From assembly GCF_000315625.1 (NCBI RefSeq), contig NW_005434642.1, positions 65,080 through 129,079 on the forward strand: 64,000 nucleotides of DNA, given 5' to 3'. Within the stretch, counting starts at the first letter, position 1. The number at the start of each line of letters is the position of its first letter. The stretch is from Guillardia theta CCMP2712. Its lineage: Eukaryota; Protista; Cryptophyta. Shown in pieces: positions 52,152 through 64,000 of this stretch. Under the pieces are notes generated by a model. It worked only from the letters and a program-made list of their open reading frames with translations, was not told the DNA's origin and did no database searches. Position numbers and translations under genes: made by a program.

Positions 52152-53750
52152 ATGTCTTCGACTTGTCTTTCTCTGTTGGAGTCGAAGTTCTCTGAAGGTG
52201 CCTTGTCGACCGCGATGGATTCCAAAGGGCTGATCTCTTTCGCTCAGAGGAAAGCATTACAATACAAAGCAAGTGCTAAAACATTGAGCAAGCAGCTTCG
52301 GCATGCGTCCGAAGACGTCATGAGAAAGAACACGGTAACGAGTGCTGCCTCTGGTTTGTGTTCCTAATGTTCAATTCAGATCATACATGGAGAACGTGTC
52401 CGCTTTCAAGAGACGATTGTACGTCCAATGGATCTTTCAACACATTGCAGGTAGTGAAATCATGTGGCAGGCGAGGTTGGAAGCTTCTGTTCAAGACTCG
52501 TCAAAGCGACTGTGTCGGGAGGTTACCCTTGAGGTGCTTTACCTCCAATTCTCATGCCTGAGCTCTCAGGCGCGAGATTTAGGAAAAGAGCTTCTGGTGA
52601 TCAAACAGGAGATCGTATCCACGATCAGCCATGATGAGCAATTACATTCGTCCCATTCTGATCTCAAGGTGATCAGATCCGCGCAGAGTTTGTATCTTTT
52701 GGTCCATAGTTGACTCAGTTTTTGCAGATCAAATATGCAGAACTGCTGGAAGAGTCGAAATCATCTCAAAAGCAGATACAAAACTTGAAGAACATGAACG
52801 TAAACCTCGAACACTGTAAGAGAGTACGCGTTGATACACTCACTTGGAATGCAGAGCGACCTTTGGAGGGAATCGGAGAGCTATTATCTCAAACAGAAGG
52901 TTTCCATTCATGCATGCGTATTTGGGATGTATTGAAGGCACCTTTCCCTTCAGGCTCATATTGCTCAGCAAGATTCACAGATATCGCAATTGCAAGAGGA
53001 AATGGTCTGTTGTCTGCCATTTCGTTTGTCCTGATCTGACGTGCGGAACAAACAGCAAGAAATGCAGAGAAGAGAAGCAAAGTTGAAGAAGAAGCTCGAC
53101 AAAGGAAGGATGATGGAGCTTCGCCGCTTACAGAAGCTCGCCTTGCTGGAGGTCAGCTCACTGACCTAGGATTCCTCATGCTGTCTCATCCATCTCACCA
53201 CTATCGCATGCAGGAGGTCGGAACCACTCTGCTCAAGACTTGCATAGGGAGCGAGCATAACCCGGTCTGTACCATCGTTCCGGAGGGCCCAGGAGCAGAA
53301 GACTCGCTCAACTTCAGGATCGACAAGCTGGTAAACGCGGCACCTGCTCCAACATCCCCACCTAAAGTGTCAACAGGTGGCGTTAGCTTGTGCTCAGCTG
53401 GATATGCTTGTCGACAGGGATCAAAGGAAAGAAGGTACCTAAGCCTCCGAGCTTGTACAAACCGTACCATCCCTGGGATCCACCGCGAGACAGGAATCGC
53501 ACTTCTTGTCGCCTCCAGCAACACCTCTGCACCCGCTGCTCGGCTCATGACAGTGTCACAGCGGCTTGATAGGCCTGAGCTGCGCACTGCTGACCTGCAA
53601 GCCCAAGTGCAGCCACTGGCCGCAGCCGCGCACGCGACCGCTGCCACCGAGGCAGGTCGCACCACGGCCGCAAGTAGAGTCAGGCCGCGCAGTCAGAAAT
53701 CGTCGAAAAGTAGTACAAAGTCAAATGTGAATTATGATTTAAACGGATGA
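52152..53750 (+). CDS. Hypothetical coiled-coil protein (multi-exon; start uncertain)
   Basis: Series of heptad-rich exons (IKYAELLEESKSSQKQIQNLKNMN; LKKKLDKGRMMELRRLQKLALLE) separated by ~50-nt introns. Confidence 0.5.
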
Positions 53751-53809
53751 TGTGAGTGAAATTAATTAAATTGAATAGGATCTTTTCAAGTTTTTCTGAC
53801 TTCTGTCTG

Positions 53810-53944
53810 ACGACTGTCACGAGAACGCGTTGGCCATAACAAGACACAAGGAACACAGCACAAGACGAGGACGAGGACAAGCACGAGGTAAAATGAAGTA
53901 GGAAACCGCGTCACTTCATAGTGTCCTATTGACCAGTACAAATA
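53810..53944 (+). repeat. Direct repeat copy 1 flanking the transposase remnant
   Basis: ACGACTGTCACGAG...CAGCACAAGACGAGGACGAGGACAAG...GAAGTA.GAAAC...GACCAGT.CAAATA is shared with 56127-56341. Confidence 0.8.
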
Positions 53945-54149
53945 CTTACAGTCTAGAAGAACATCACTCGCTCCCTGTTCTAACCAACCTCAAACTTCTT
54001 GGTGTTACCAAGCCAGAAACATAAACCCCATTCTCAAACAAGAACGAACACCTAGATCAGGCAGCTGTCTCGGTATCTTCAAATAGAGTTTTGTAGAAAA
54101 AATAGAAATCAATCAAGTTCACTCTTGAAAAGTCTGTTTCCCTAAGCTG

Positions 54150-55950
54150 GAGATACTCTCTTTCATGCACCGGCGTCCTGCTGCCATACCGCAAATACCA
54201 AACGGTCGCTTGTGCGGATCGTTTTCGCTGCATTGGTCACAACAATAGGGTTCTGCGACCCTGGCCATGCAAATCTCTGCAGATCCTGCATCTAACTCGT
54301 GTCAATTTCCTGGTCCCATCACCTGGATGCATGGGAAGGTGCTTTCTCTCACAAAATTCGCTCACCAGTATCATGTCATGCGCTGCCTCCGACAATTGCG
54401 AGTCCTGCGAGTTTGAATCGAATGAAGAAGATTGTCAACCCCGAGCACTTCGATGCTTGTTTCTCCTCATTGCTTCACCTTCGTATTTATTTTGTACCAA
54501 TTGCAAAGCAAGCACGTTAATGAACTCGCTATGCTCAACAAAAGATTCTGAATCGCCAATCTGCAGTTCCAATAGAGTTTTCCATCCCCATATCAACCTG
54601 CCCGGGGTGATTGTGAACATCGATGGTCGAAGTTGCATCGAAATATTACTTCACCATCTTCGTTCTAGGCCCAGAAAAGTTGAAGTGTTCGGTCTGGTTG
54701 GTCTGTGCATTGATCATCCATCCATCTCTCACGTGTCCAACGGTTTCACGTGTTGAATTCCAAGTAGAAATCAAAAGCTTTCGTGGTGCACCAACCCCGC
54801 CACCTTCATTCCAGGCACGTCCGTACACCCTTTTTTCTCCATTGATCTGCACACTGAGCCTGACAATCTGAGTCAAGCCCTTAGATCATTGCTGTGCCAT
54901 CCTAACGTGCTCAGGTACTGTATATGTCCTTCGTTGAGATAATTGTGTGCCAACCTGAGCACCTCAGCTGTGTGCCTTTGCATACCTGTCCGAGAAAGGA
55001 AGGTCTTGCATCCGATCTTCACCTTCTTGAACGTCCAAGACATCTCGATCCCAAAAGTGCATTCAGCGATGTTCTTGTATTCTGTGCCCACCCCGACGGG
55101 CTTTCCTTGCATTTCCCGTCAGCTGAAGGATACTCTGGGCAGTATTCTACCGATCTCTGGGCAGTATTCTACCGATCAAAATCATTCAGAACACAAATCA
55201 CAGCCATATCCCAATCTTACTTGTATGTGAGGACGCCATTCCGACATACTCTCACTAATCATCAATTCACTTCCTGCGTTGATTGTCTGCAACCTGTTTT
55301 TATTGAAAGCTTCAACACGAGAACGAATCATGTCAAATCTGTTCTGAGGGACTGCCTGCCGATGATGGCCAGAACCTGAGATATCTATCCATGTTTCATA
55401 CCGGGTGTGGCTGATTCAAAACCTGGTCTCGACTTCCGACGAGGTGGAACAAAGCCATGGCGATTGCGACCCCACATGTACCTCATCCGGCCTTTTGGTT
55501 GCCACGTGCTACCGTAAAGAAGACCTATCAACTGAACCCATTCGTGCACCGTGATGGGTTGCATGTCTTGGGGCAAATCGTCGTCGGTCCAGAGCAAAGC
55601 AGCTGCTATGACTTCTGTTGGTCCCATAGAAAAACTCCCATGGAAGAAGGGATTGCCCGCATTCAATCTCAGGCTTCCACTCTAAAACTTTGACACACAC
55701 TGTATAGAGGAGGAATCTGAATTCAATTTATTGTCATCCCGCTCTTCAACGAGATTCTCATTATCTCCGGCCTTTTGCCACATCTTTTGCATCTTTTGTT
55801 CATTTTGTAGGATTAGACCTCCCAACAAGAACTGTAAACAGACTGCAGCGCCTGTATTGCATGTTTGCAATGACCCAACACCGTGCTTGTCACGTATATC
55901 TCCTGCCCTATCTTGAAGACTGTTCGGTTCCTGCAGAGCGAGTTTCAGCA
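54150..55950 (-). pseudogene. Degenerate piggyBac-like (PGBD/DDE_Tnp_1_7-type) transposase remnant
   Basis: Fragments ITVHEWVQLIGLLYG, MWGRNR, GKPVGVGTEYKNIAEC..GI, TAEVLRL, YFDATSTIDVHNH...MENSIGTADWRFRIF and a Cys-rich tail CCDQC..GICG..RC; many stops and frameshifts. Confidence 0.75.
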
Positions 55951-56126
55951 TTGGAACCCCCCCGTTGATCCCTGCTTCCAGTTGAAGCCATGGCGAAGTA
56001 CGAGCTATGTAGAGCTATGGGTTTATTGACTGAAATGAGTTTATGTCACGGCCCTCACTGTCACCAAAAGCTTTTAACTGCAGCGTGCGGGGGGTGGGGT
56101 GGTGGTACCGATACGTAGATACATTT

Positions 56127-56341
56127 ACGACTGTCACGAGGACGTTGGCATGGCAAGACCTCAGGAACCCAGCACAAGACGAGGACGAGGACAAGGATAA
56201 GAGTAAGAGCAGGAAGGATAAGAGCAATGAGAGCAGGGATAACGGTAAGAGCAAGGATCAGGACAAGAGTAAGAGCAAGGATAAGGACAAGAACGAAGTA
56301 AGAAACTAAGTCACCGTATCCTTTAGACCAGTGCACAAATA
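56127..56341 (+). repeat. Direct repeat copy 2, with an internal expanded 6-bp array (GACAAG/GATAAG/AGCAAG)
   Basis: Colinear with 53810-53944. Confidence 0.8.
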
Positions 56342-56547
56342 GTTGTAGGGAAGAGGAAGTAATAAGGAAGAAATGAACACAGAGAAGGTATGTAAGAAAG
56401 ATGGGTGATAAAATGTAGACAAAAATGTTTTTGTTTCAGGAATCGAAGGACATGCCAGAAAACATGAATCATTTAGCTGTTAAGAAGGCAAATTGGAGGG
56501 TGCAAGTTGTCATGTACTGACAGTCGAGCAGAACGCCCCCCGCTCAC

Positions 56548-59500
56548 ATGGGGCGCACGAAAAGCTTTGTGGCATCGCTCCCGAGCTTCCTTGTTCGGAA
56601 GAAGGCGCCGGCTGCAAGGCGATATTCACTGATAGAGCCTACGCTTGATCCACAGCTTCCTGTGTCCGGCCGCAGCCTTCACTGCTTCATCTATCGGCTG
56701 GACCCCCCTGGTGTGGTACAAGAGAAGGAGTCGCAGGTTGATCAGCCCAGGAGCGACGAGTTTTCAGCGCTGCTGCATCAGGCCATACACAACAGCCTCT
56801 CCTCACAATCACACAAGGTTTGGAAGATCTACCCCGGCAAGACTTACCTGGATGTTGACTGCATGCCTCTGCTCCTCCTGGAAGAAACTAGAACCTCAAA
56901 GGCCAAGTACTTATGCAACTGCTCCATCTTCGTGCCTCTCATCTCCTGGGGAAGTGCCCACAGTGTACTCGACGATCTTGCATGCATCCACTTCGACGGA
57001 GCAATCGATCAGGAAAGCCACTTCCTGGTTCACGCATTATGCGCCATTTACCTGCTTCAGAAGAAGGCAGGAAGGCTACAAACTATCATGCCAATCACGC
57101 GGGACGAGTCAAGGGGGAAGGTCAGCATGGCAGAAGCCTGCCGACGGCTCAGCACAAAGCCATCGATACCAAGCTGCAAGCGAGCCTGCGTGCTGCTGCA
57201 GGAAGGAGGCGTCGAGATGGGGCAGGGAGTGATTCTCAGTTTTCTTCTGGGCATCTCCGTACGTGATGCAGTGATGATGCTTATGCCGTCGAACTGGAGA
57301 GAAGAAGCTCTACCGGACTGGGAGCCGGCAGGAGGTCTGACAACCAAGAATTCGTACAGCCTGTACAATGTGAAAATCGAAGGGAACGATAAAGTCAGTG
57401 CAAGCGAGGCTGCAGAGATGATCGTAGACTGTCTGGTGAAGGTGCTCAAGGAACATGTAGAGAAAAAGCTGTGGGAGTTTACAAACCACAACCCACGTGG
57501 AATTGAGCTGCTGAAACTGCTACGAGAGTCAGGGATATATGACAAATTCGACAAGTACTTTGCGCTGCGAGGAATCGAGTCCCTCCATCAAGTGCCGAGC
57601 TTCACTCGCGGCTCTCCGTCCAATGGAAGCAAGAGGGAGCAAGTGGTCCACCGGCCATGCAGTGACATCACAGCTTACAACGCGTCAGACGAAGGGTCGA
57701 TCCGAGCGCTGGAAAGGCTCGTGGAGGACCACCGGGACGATGAGCGCTTCCTCCCCTTGCAGGAGCGTCTCAACCGCTACCGTGACTCAGAGGTTGATGG
57801 CATCCTGGCCCTCCGCACCACCAACTCAATCGAGACAGCCATGGTGAAGCTGCCGGCGCGATGCTGCGTCCTCTGGCTGAGTATGGTGTACCTTGTCTTC
57901 GGGATCAACCAGCTCGGCCCTCTCTTCACCGAGCAGATCTGGTTGCCAGAGAAGAACTCTACCACTCCAGTGCAGCCCAAGACAGTGAGAATCGCCAAGG
58001 TTGCAGCGCCAGTTATCAGCTTCTACTGGTCTTTCTTGTTCGTTGCAGGCGTCATCGTCGGGCAGGTCAGCACGCCGCTACGAGCCAAGTGGCTGATGCT
58101 GTTCGCGGGCCATCTAGTCATTGCCGGCAACGTCTTCAGCTTCATCGTAGATAGCATTCAGTGCTCGGTGGAGGGGACAGGGATCGGACCTAACTGCAAT
58201 GCTTACACGCTCATCCCTTCCATTGCGGTGATGTCGTTTGTGATGTACCTTGCTCATAGAGTTCAGCACTACTTCTGGATGGCTGCCTTCTTCCTCCAGG
58301 GCCTCTACTGCTTTTACTGCATTTACGCTTTCCCTGCTGACAGCGTGGACTTGAAGATCGGGCTCGGAATGTGTCTGTTCCTGGCCATTGGCTGCTGCTT
58401 CATCGCCATCGCCATCATCGTCCAGTACCGCCGCTCCTATAGACAAACATTGAGGGAACTGCAGACGGTCATGCAAGGCTTTGACGACACCTGGCAGAAG
58501 ATAGAGGAGGAGAACAAGCAGAGCATCGCGGCAGTGAGCGTTCAAGCACGCGAGATCGCGCAAGAGCTGCAGGCAGTGGTGAAGGAAGACTTCAAGACGT
58601 GGGGGAGGTGGCTCTCAGCGATGGCGGGATGGCGAAGGGCGAGGTACTCGACAACGGACTCAAAGATCCGGCAGGAGAGCAGAGACATCGAGAAGCTGTT
58701 CCAGGAGGCGCAGGAGATCAGCGCTGCCTTCCAGCTGTGGGTGTCAGCTTGGAACCAGGTCGGCAGAGTACAGCATGGGAACGTGAAATCTTGTGCGCGA
58801 GCGATACAGAAGACCGTGAGATCGTACGGGCGAGACCCTTCCTGCTTGACGGACCTGGTCCGATGCACTATCCTAGTGCAGTCGATGGAGGAGGTGCAGG
58901 AGTGGCTGAGCTGCTTCCGCCGCATCTCGGTGGTCGGTTATGGGGTGAGCGCGAGGGACAGGAGAAGAGCAAGCGACGTAGCCCCTGAGGACGTGGAGGT
59001 ACGCGAAGAGAGGAGGAGCGGAACGTGGAGATGAAAGTGAACTGCAGATGGGAGGGCGGGAGATCTTCATGAGCGTCACGAGCATCAAGAACCGGTGAAA
59101 GCAGGCGAGGGATTGGAATATGCCTGAAGCTCCGATTTCCAGCTATGATCCCCGATACGATGCCAGATTGAGCGGAGGTTACCGAGATATGTGCATCTGC
59201 GTAGAGGAAAGAGATGAGCGAGGTGGGTGGGAGAGCTGACGAGTAGACTGGCAGGTGGGATGGACGATAGACGAAGCGAGTCAAACTTGCATGTTTGTGC
59301 CTGTGAGGGAGTGGGGAAAGATGGAAGTTCGGAAACACATCTGCGAAATCCAGGTGAAAGACGCTGTCAGCAGCAGGAGTGGAGGCGGGAAGAGAAACGA
59401 GCGGTGCAGGGCAAGTGCGAGCCCTGCATGGAGGAGTGGAAGAGACGAGGGGAGAGGCGAGAGAATGAAGCGACAGGACAAGAAGGGGACTGAGAAAACA

Positions 59501-59741
59501 TATCAGTAGAGGCGAAGCGGGGAAATGGTGGGGAGGGTACGGACGAAGATACGAGGAGAGCTATGCCAGAGCTGGAGGGGGAGAGGGAGTGTACAGGAAG
59601 AGAGGGGAAAGGAGGGAGTGCATAAGTGGAGACGGAGGGAGAGCTCTGAGATTGCTTCAGGTGTTGCTAGAAGTGATGCAAGGAGTGAAGAAGGTGTTGC
59701 ACAAGGAGTACGTGAACTTCCGCAACATCATGTGCCAGTGA
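56548..59741 (+). CDS. TIR-like + SAM-like + 6TM + RelA/SpoT-like nucleotidyltransferase fusion protein; exons about 56548-58998, 59048-59094, 59143-59200, 59255-59353, 59661-59741
   Basis: 828-aa first ORF, then GT-AG splicing gives IKNRYDPRYDARLSGGYRD, KHICEIQ/VLL, LHKEYVNFRN; also VKSCARAIQK and LTDLVRCTI. Six hydrophobic helices. Confidence 0.75.
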
Positions 59742-59829
59742 AGAAGTTTGTTGTGAATATCTAAAGACGCCAAGAGGCTCTCAAGAGACTGACATGAAGC
59801 AGAGGAGGACAAGTAAGCTTGAGTCTTCC

Positions 59830-60820
59830 CTCAGCTTTGCACACCACAAGCACGCGATAGCCGCAGTGCTCCTGCCACCCTCACGTGAACTTCACCCCCA
59901 CATGTCTGTGTGTGCTGACAGGTCTTCACTTTGCATGGCATGTCACTGAATCCTCCGATGCCAAGAAGAAATTGGGAACCAACAAGCTCGTTAAATGTTG
60001 TAGATGATACGAGAATTGAAACATCGAATGTTCAAAAGATTTTCGAGCCCCATGTTGTCACCAACCGAATTCATCTTCTCTCACTTTGCGAAACTTCAAG
60101 TTCTGCCACTCGCCGGCGCAAAAACGACAGCTCTTCTTGGAGCGAATCGTTTGTGGACATGCTTGTATCACCGTAATTGGTCACCCGCGTCTCATCCCGA
60201 GTCGAAGTCGATATGTATGATTGAGAGAGCTCAGAAAGGCTGGCTTTTGCAAACTGCTTTTGTATCTGTCTTGTGGTCATGCAGAGTACAAGGACAGACA
60301 GCACAGTACCTGGACGCTACGTTGTTGCTTAATCATAGTGCTCCGTAGACGGCGCGCGACGCCCTGCTGTTCGTTGCTTTCATTCTTGAAGGAAGACATA
60401 TATCGCTCCTTGTTTTTGAGCATATTCCTCGTATTGAATAGCAGAACCTGACGCGAGCACTAAGTCTGCAGTACAAACCCAAGCTCTTGATACCTGCATG
60501 TCCACCACAGCTGCCCCTGAGATCTCTTTCTCAAACTCGATCCCATTTTGAACAACAGCAGCGATGTCGTCGATTGCTTTCTTCATCTTTGTCGCCAGGG
60601 TAGTCTCATTCTTCAGCGCGGCGATGTAGTCATCCACGTTCTCCTGCAGCTCCTTCACTACCTCCTGGGGCGGTACCGTTCTATTGGCACGGAAGTCCTC
60701 CCCAGAAGTCCCCGCAGGCCTTGTATCAGTCAGTGTTGGCTCCACAATCACCTTGAAGGAAAGAGGGATCCTCTCCTCTCCCAGTCTCGACGTGCTGTTC
60801 ATGCCCCCCAAATGTCTCAA
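59830..60820 (-). CDS. Hypothetical helical protein (multi-exon; ends uncertain)
   Basis: ORFs 60380-60820 and 60071-60304 with protein-like amphipathic content and intron-like spacers. Confidence 0.4.
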
Positions 60821-61539
60821 TGGCAGGGAGTTATCAAGGGTCAGGGGCAGATATCGCCTGAACCGAGGAAAAGTGGACGATAAAGATCTTCTTCCTTCTC
60901 TTTCGGCTCTTAGTCCCTCCTCCTCCTCCTCCTCCTCCTCCTCCTCCTCCTCCTCCTCCTCCTCCTCTTTCAGTTACTCCTAGTCTTCTCGCTCTGCCTC
61001 GAGTTCCTGCGACCCCTTCCTTGCTCGTCAGCGCCCATTGGCCATAACCATCCTTCAACGGGCCAACGTCTAGAGCATAACTGTAATGTAACGGCTATAT
61101 CATCGCGCTCCGAGTCCGGTCAGTCCTGCCCCCCCGACGGGGCGCCGAATTTTTTTTGGGTACTGGAAAGCTGACTGGAAAGGGTTTTAAAAAACGCGGC
61201 CGCCCTCAGATCGAGTGGTACTCTGAGGACTTGTAGCAAGAAGTACTATAATTTTAGTTAACTATTGTTTCTGTACTGTGTGAAACCGACTTCCTAGGGA
61301 TTCTATAAATAGTTTTAAAATAGTACTAGTTTTAAAACTGGGTCGCACCGTGGCGGAGCAGATCATTGGGGGGTAAGGGGTGGGCCTGGAAAAGGACAAA
61401 GTAGGGTAGGGTATAAAGTGGGGTGGGGTGGTTTGCCAGACCTGATAAGGGGTAGAAGGTACTATCTAGGCTACTCACCAGGGGTGGGGATCGTAAAGAT
61501 ACAGTGAGGGAAAGCAGGGGGTTGTTACTCGTTGGCAGC

Positions 61540-64000
61540 ATGTTGGGCGCATGGCGGGAAGGAGGACGACGGTGGATGAGCATGAAGGGGTTAATGCAGG
61601 TTAGCAGGGATCTCTCGTTGCTTCTTAGTGCTTAGAATCCTGATCACATGCAGCGTCATGTCTTGATTGTTTATGACCTTGATCCTGATGTCCACGTTCC
61701 CCTCCTCTTCGATGTTTTACATGCTGTACGTATGTTTCGATTGTCGCCAACAGATCCTCTACCTTTTTATGAACACGAAGGATGAACGATGTTTGGAATA
61801 TCAATGATATGCAAGACCTTGGATGCGAAGAATCCCTTCTTCATGTTCTCCCCCGCTTGCTCTTGTTGATCGCAACACAGCATCGCCCCCTTCTCATATC
61901 GGACCTGTTCGATTATGCTGTCAAGGTACACCCTTCATCACATTCCACTCAGAGCTGATTCTTCGAAACCTGAACAGATTCATCATTCACAAGAGATCGT
62001 ATCAAGAACGATCGAAGATCCTCACAAGTTCCACCGGTAGTGCGTGCCTCTTTGTTCCACTCAGTGTAAGCATTCGCCAAGGTACACGTATTCGGACTGG
62101 GGGAAGAGGACGAAGAGGATGGCAAACAGCTTGAAGGAGCTGGGTGTTACTTCAGGAGACCGAGTTGCTACTATCGCCTGGAACGGATACCGGCACTTTG
62201 AGCTCTACTACGCCATTTCGGGGGGAGGAGCAATCCTACACACCATCAACCCCCGCCTGAGTGCAGAGCAGATGTCTTTTATCATCAACCATGCTGAAGA
62301 CAAGGTTCGCATTCGATTGATCCGACTCCGCATGTCATTCATGAAGGCTTCTAGGTCATATTTGTGGACCTTACCTTCTTCAAAGCCCTTCAGGCTATTT
62401 TGCCGAAGCTTTCTACAGTGAAGGCCATTGTGGTCATGAGTGACAAAAAGCAGTAAGAAAGTGGAGGATCCCCACATCACATCTATGACAATATCTTTGT
62501 TTAGCATGCCAGATGTTTCCCAGCCAAACATTCTGTGCTACGAGGATCTTATTTCATCCGGGAAAGAAGCATTTAACTGGGCAAAGATGGATGAGAACGA
62601 TGCGTGTTCGTTGTGCTACACTTCTGGAACTACTGGTGTAATTGTATTCAAAGATAATGCATTCTCAAGGACATGACAGGTGACCCTAAAGGCGTTCTCT
62701 ACTCTCACCGATCGACAGTGTTGCATGCTTGGACTATCTGCAGTACGAATTCGTTTGGCTTGGTATTTTTTTTTGAATGTAGTCTTCCGACGGCATATAT
62801 GGAGCATCTCATCCAATTATGTTGATCCTTGTATTGACATATACTGATGTTGTGAGTATCAGGGTTCAAATGATACCTGCTTGCCGATTGTGCCAATGTT
62901 CCACGTGAACGCGTGGGGTGTGCCATATAGTGCATGCATTGCAGGCTGCAAACTAGTCCTCCCCGGATCTGGTGATAGTTCTTCAGCTGAATCGATTTCC
63001 CTCTCACCCATTCTTCGACCTTTTCGTTTCCTGTTCTCTATCCTCCCCTCACGTCGAGGGACATGACTTGACTTTCACAGCTATGGACGGCAAGAGCATA
63101 GCAGAACTTCTTTGTGCAGAGAGAGTATCATGCACTGCTGGGGTTCCCACGGGTGAATTCATTTCTGACCCCTCAGAGATGCTAACCTTCTCTGTTGTTA
63201 TCAGTATGGAGCATGCTCTTTAACTACCTGGAGTCAACTGGAACCAGAGTCCCAGACCTCAAGCGTGTGCTCGTTGGTGGTGCTGCTTGTCCTCCGTCCA
63301 TGATCGCGACATGGGAAAAGAAGTTCAAGGCAAGGCCTCGTGTTTCTGTCGATTGAAAGTTTCTTACATGTCGCTGTCAGGTTCGATGCCAACATGCATG
63401 GGGCATGACAGAATTGAGTCCGACTGGAGTGATCAATGACCTCCCAAAGCTCGACGACAATGAGTATCCAATCTCCCAAACATCGGACAAGGTTAGAAGC
63501 GTTGTGAAGTTCTTGAGCACTGATCGTCAACTCATAGGCACGTCAAGGCCGAGAAATGTATGGCATAGAACTCGCATGCTTTGACGATGATGGCAATATT
63601 GTACGATCGAATCCTTCAAATGCACAATGTGATGATCCATTTCCAGCTGCCGCGAGATGGCAAGACAGCAGGACGGCTGAAAATACGAGGGAATTGGGTT
63701 TTGGAATCTTATTACAAGTCGGACAAGGTAAACCTTCAAGTCACCTATGCATGGGATGCAAAATGACCTGCAACTCGTAGCCAGCGGTCGATGAGGACGG
63801 ATGGTTCGACAGCGGAGATGTTGCGACCATCTCTGAAGACGGCTACATGCAAATCACGGATCGCAACAAGGACCTGATCAAGTGAGTAGGGAGATGTCCG
63901 CACCCATCGGAGACCAACAAGTCTGATGTTTGATTCTCAGGTCTGGTGGAGAGTGGATTAGTTCTATCGAGCTTGAGCACGTGGCATTGGAGCATCCCAG
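61540..64000 (+). CDS. AlkK/DmdB-type acyl-CoA ligase (AMP-binding), multi-exon, truncated at the window end
   Basis: Spliced [115 protein letters not shown]. Confidence 0.93.

Noticed and set aside
53740-56080. TTAA target sites and terminal inverted repeats for the piggyBac relic
   Set aside because: TTAA sites exist near 53740-53770 and 56075, but no matching inverted termini are visible.
59140-59190. Suspected frameshift before GGYRD
   Set aside because: Recounting gives TAT GAT CCC CGA TAC, which is in frame, so the gene looks intact.

Overview
Intron-rich eukaryotic nuclear DNA from a flagellated alga with a secondary red plastid, most likely a cryptophyte such as Guillardia theta. 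This is inferred from an LHC gene with a signal peptide plus AF-SP leader, ~45-55 nt introns, and inner-arm dynein genes. About 19 protein-coding loci were reconstructed by hand splicing: Sec14/CRAL-TRIO, light-harvesting protein, secreted double-LysM protein, SK/KCNN-like K+ channel, inner-arm dynein heavy chain (one ~12.4 kb exon), SAP-domain protein, BET3, plastid DEAD-box helicase, p28/DNALI1, NADAR, TACC-like protein with a 2.9 kb Cys4 tandem repeat, DUF5054/GH38-like hydrolase, AlkK/DmdB-like acyl-CoA ligase (truncated by the window end), and several hypotheticals. A decayed piggyBac-like transposase lies between two direct repeats. The most notable locus is 56548-59741, an apparent TIR - SAM - 6TM - RelA/SpoT-like nucleotidyltransferase fusion and a candidate membrane receptor making a nucleotide second messenger. 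All domain calls come from motif recognition by eye; no database searches were run.
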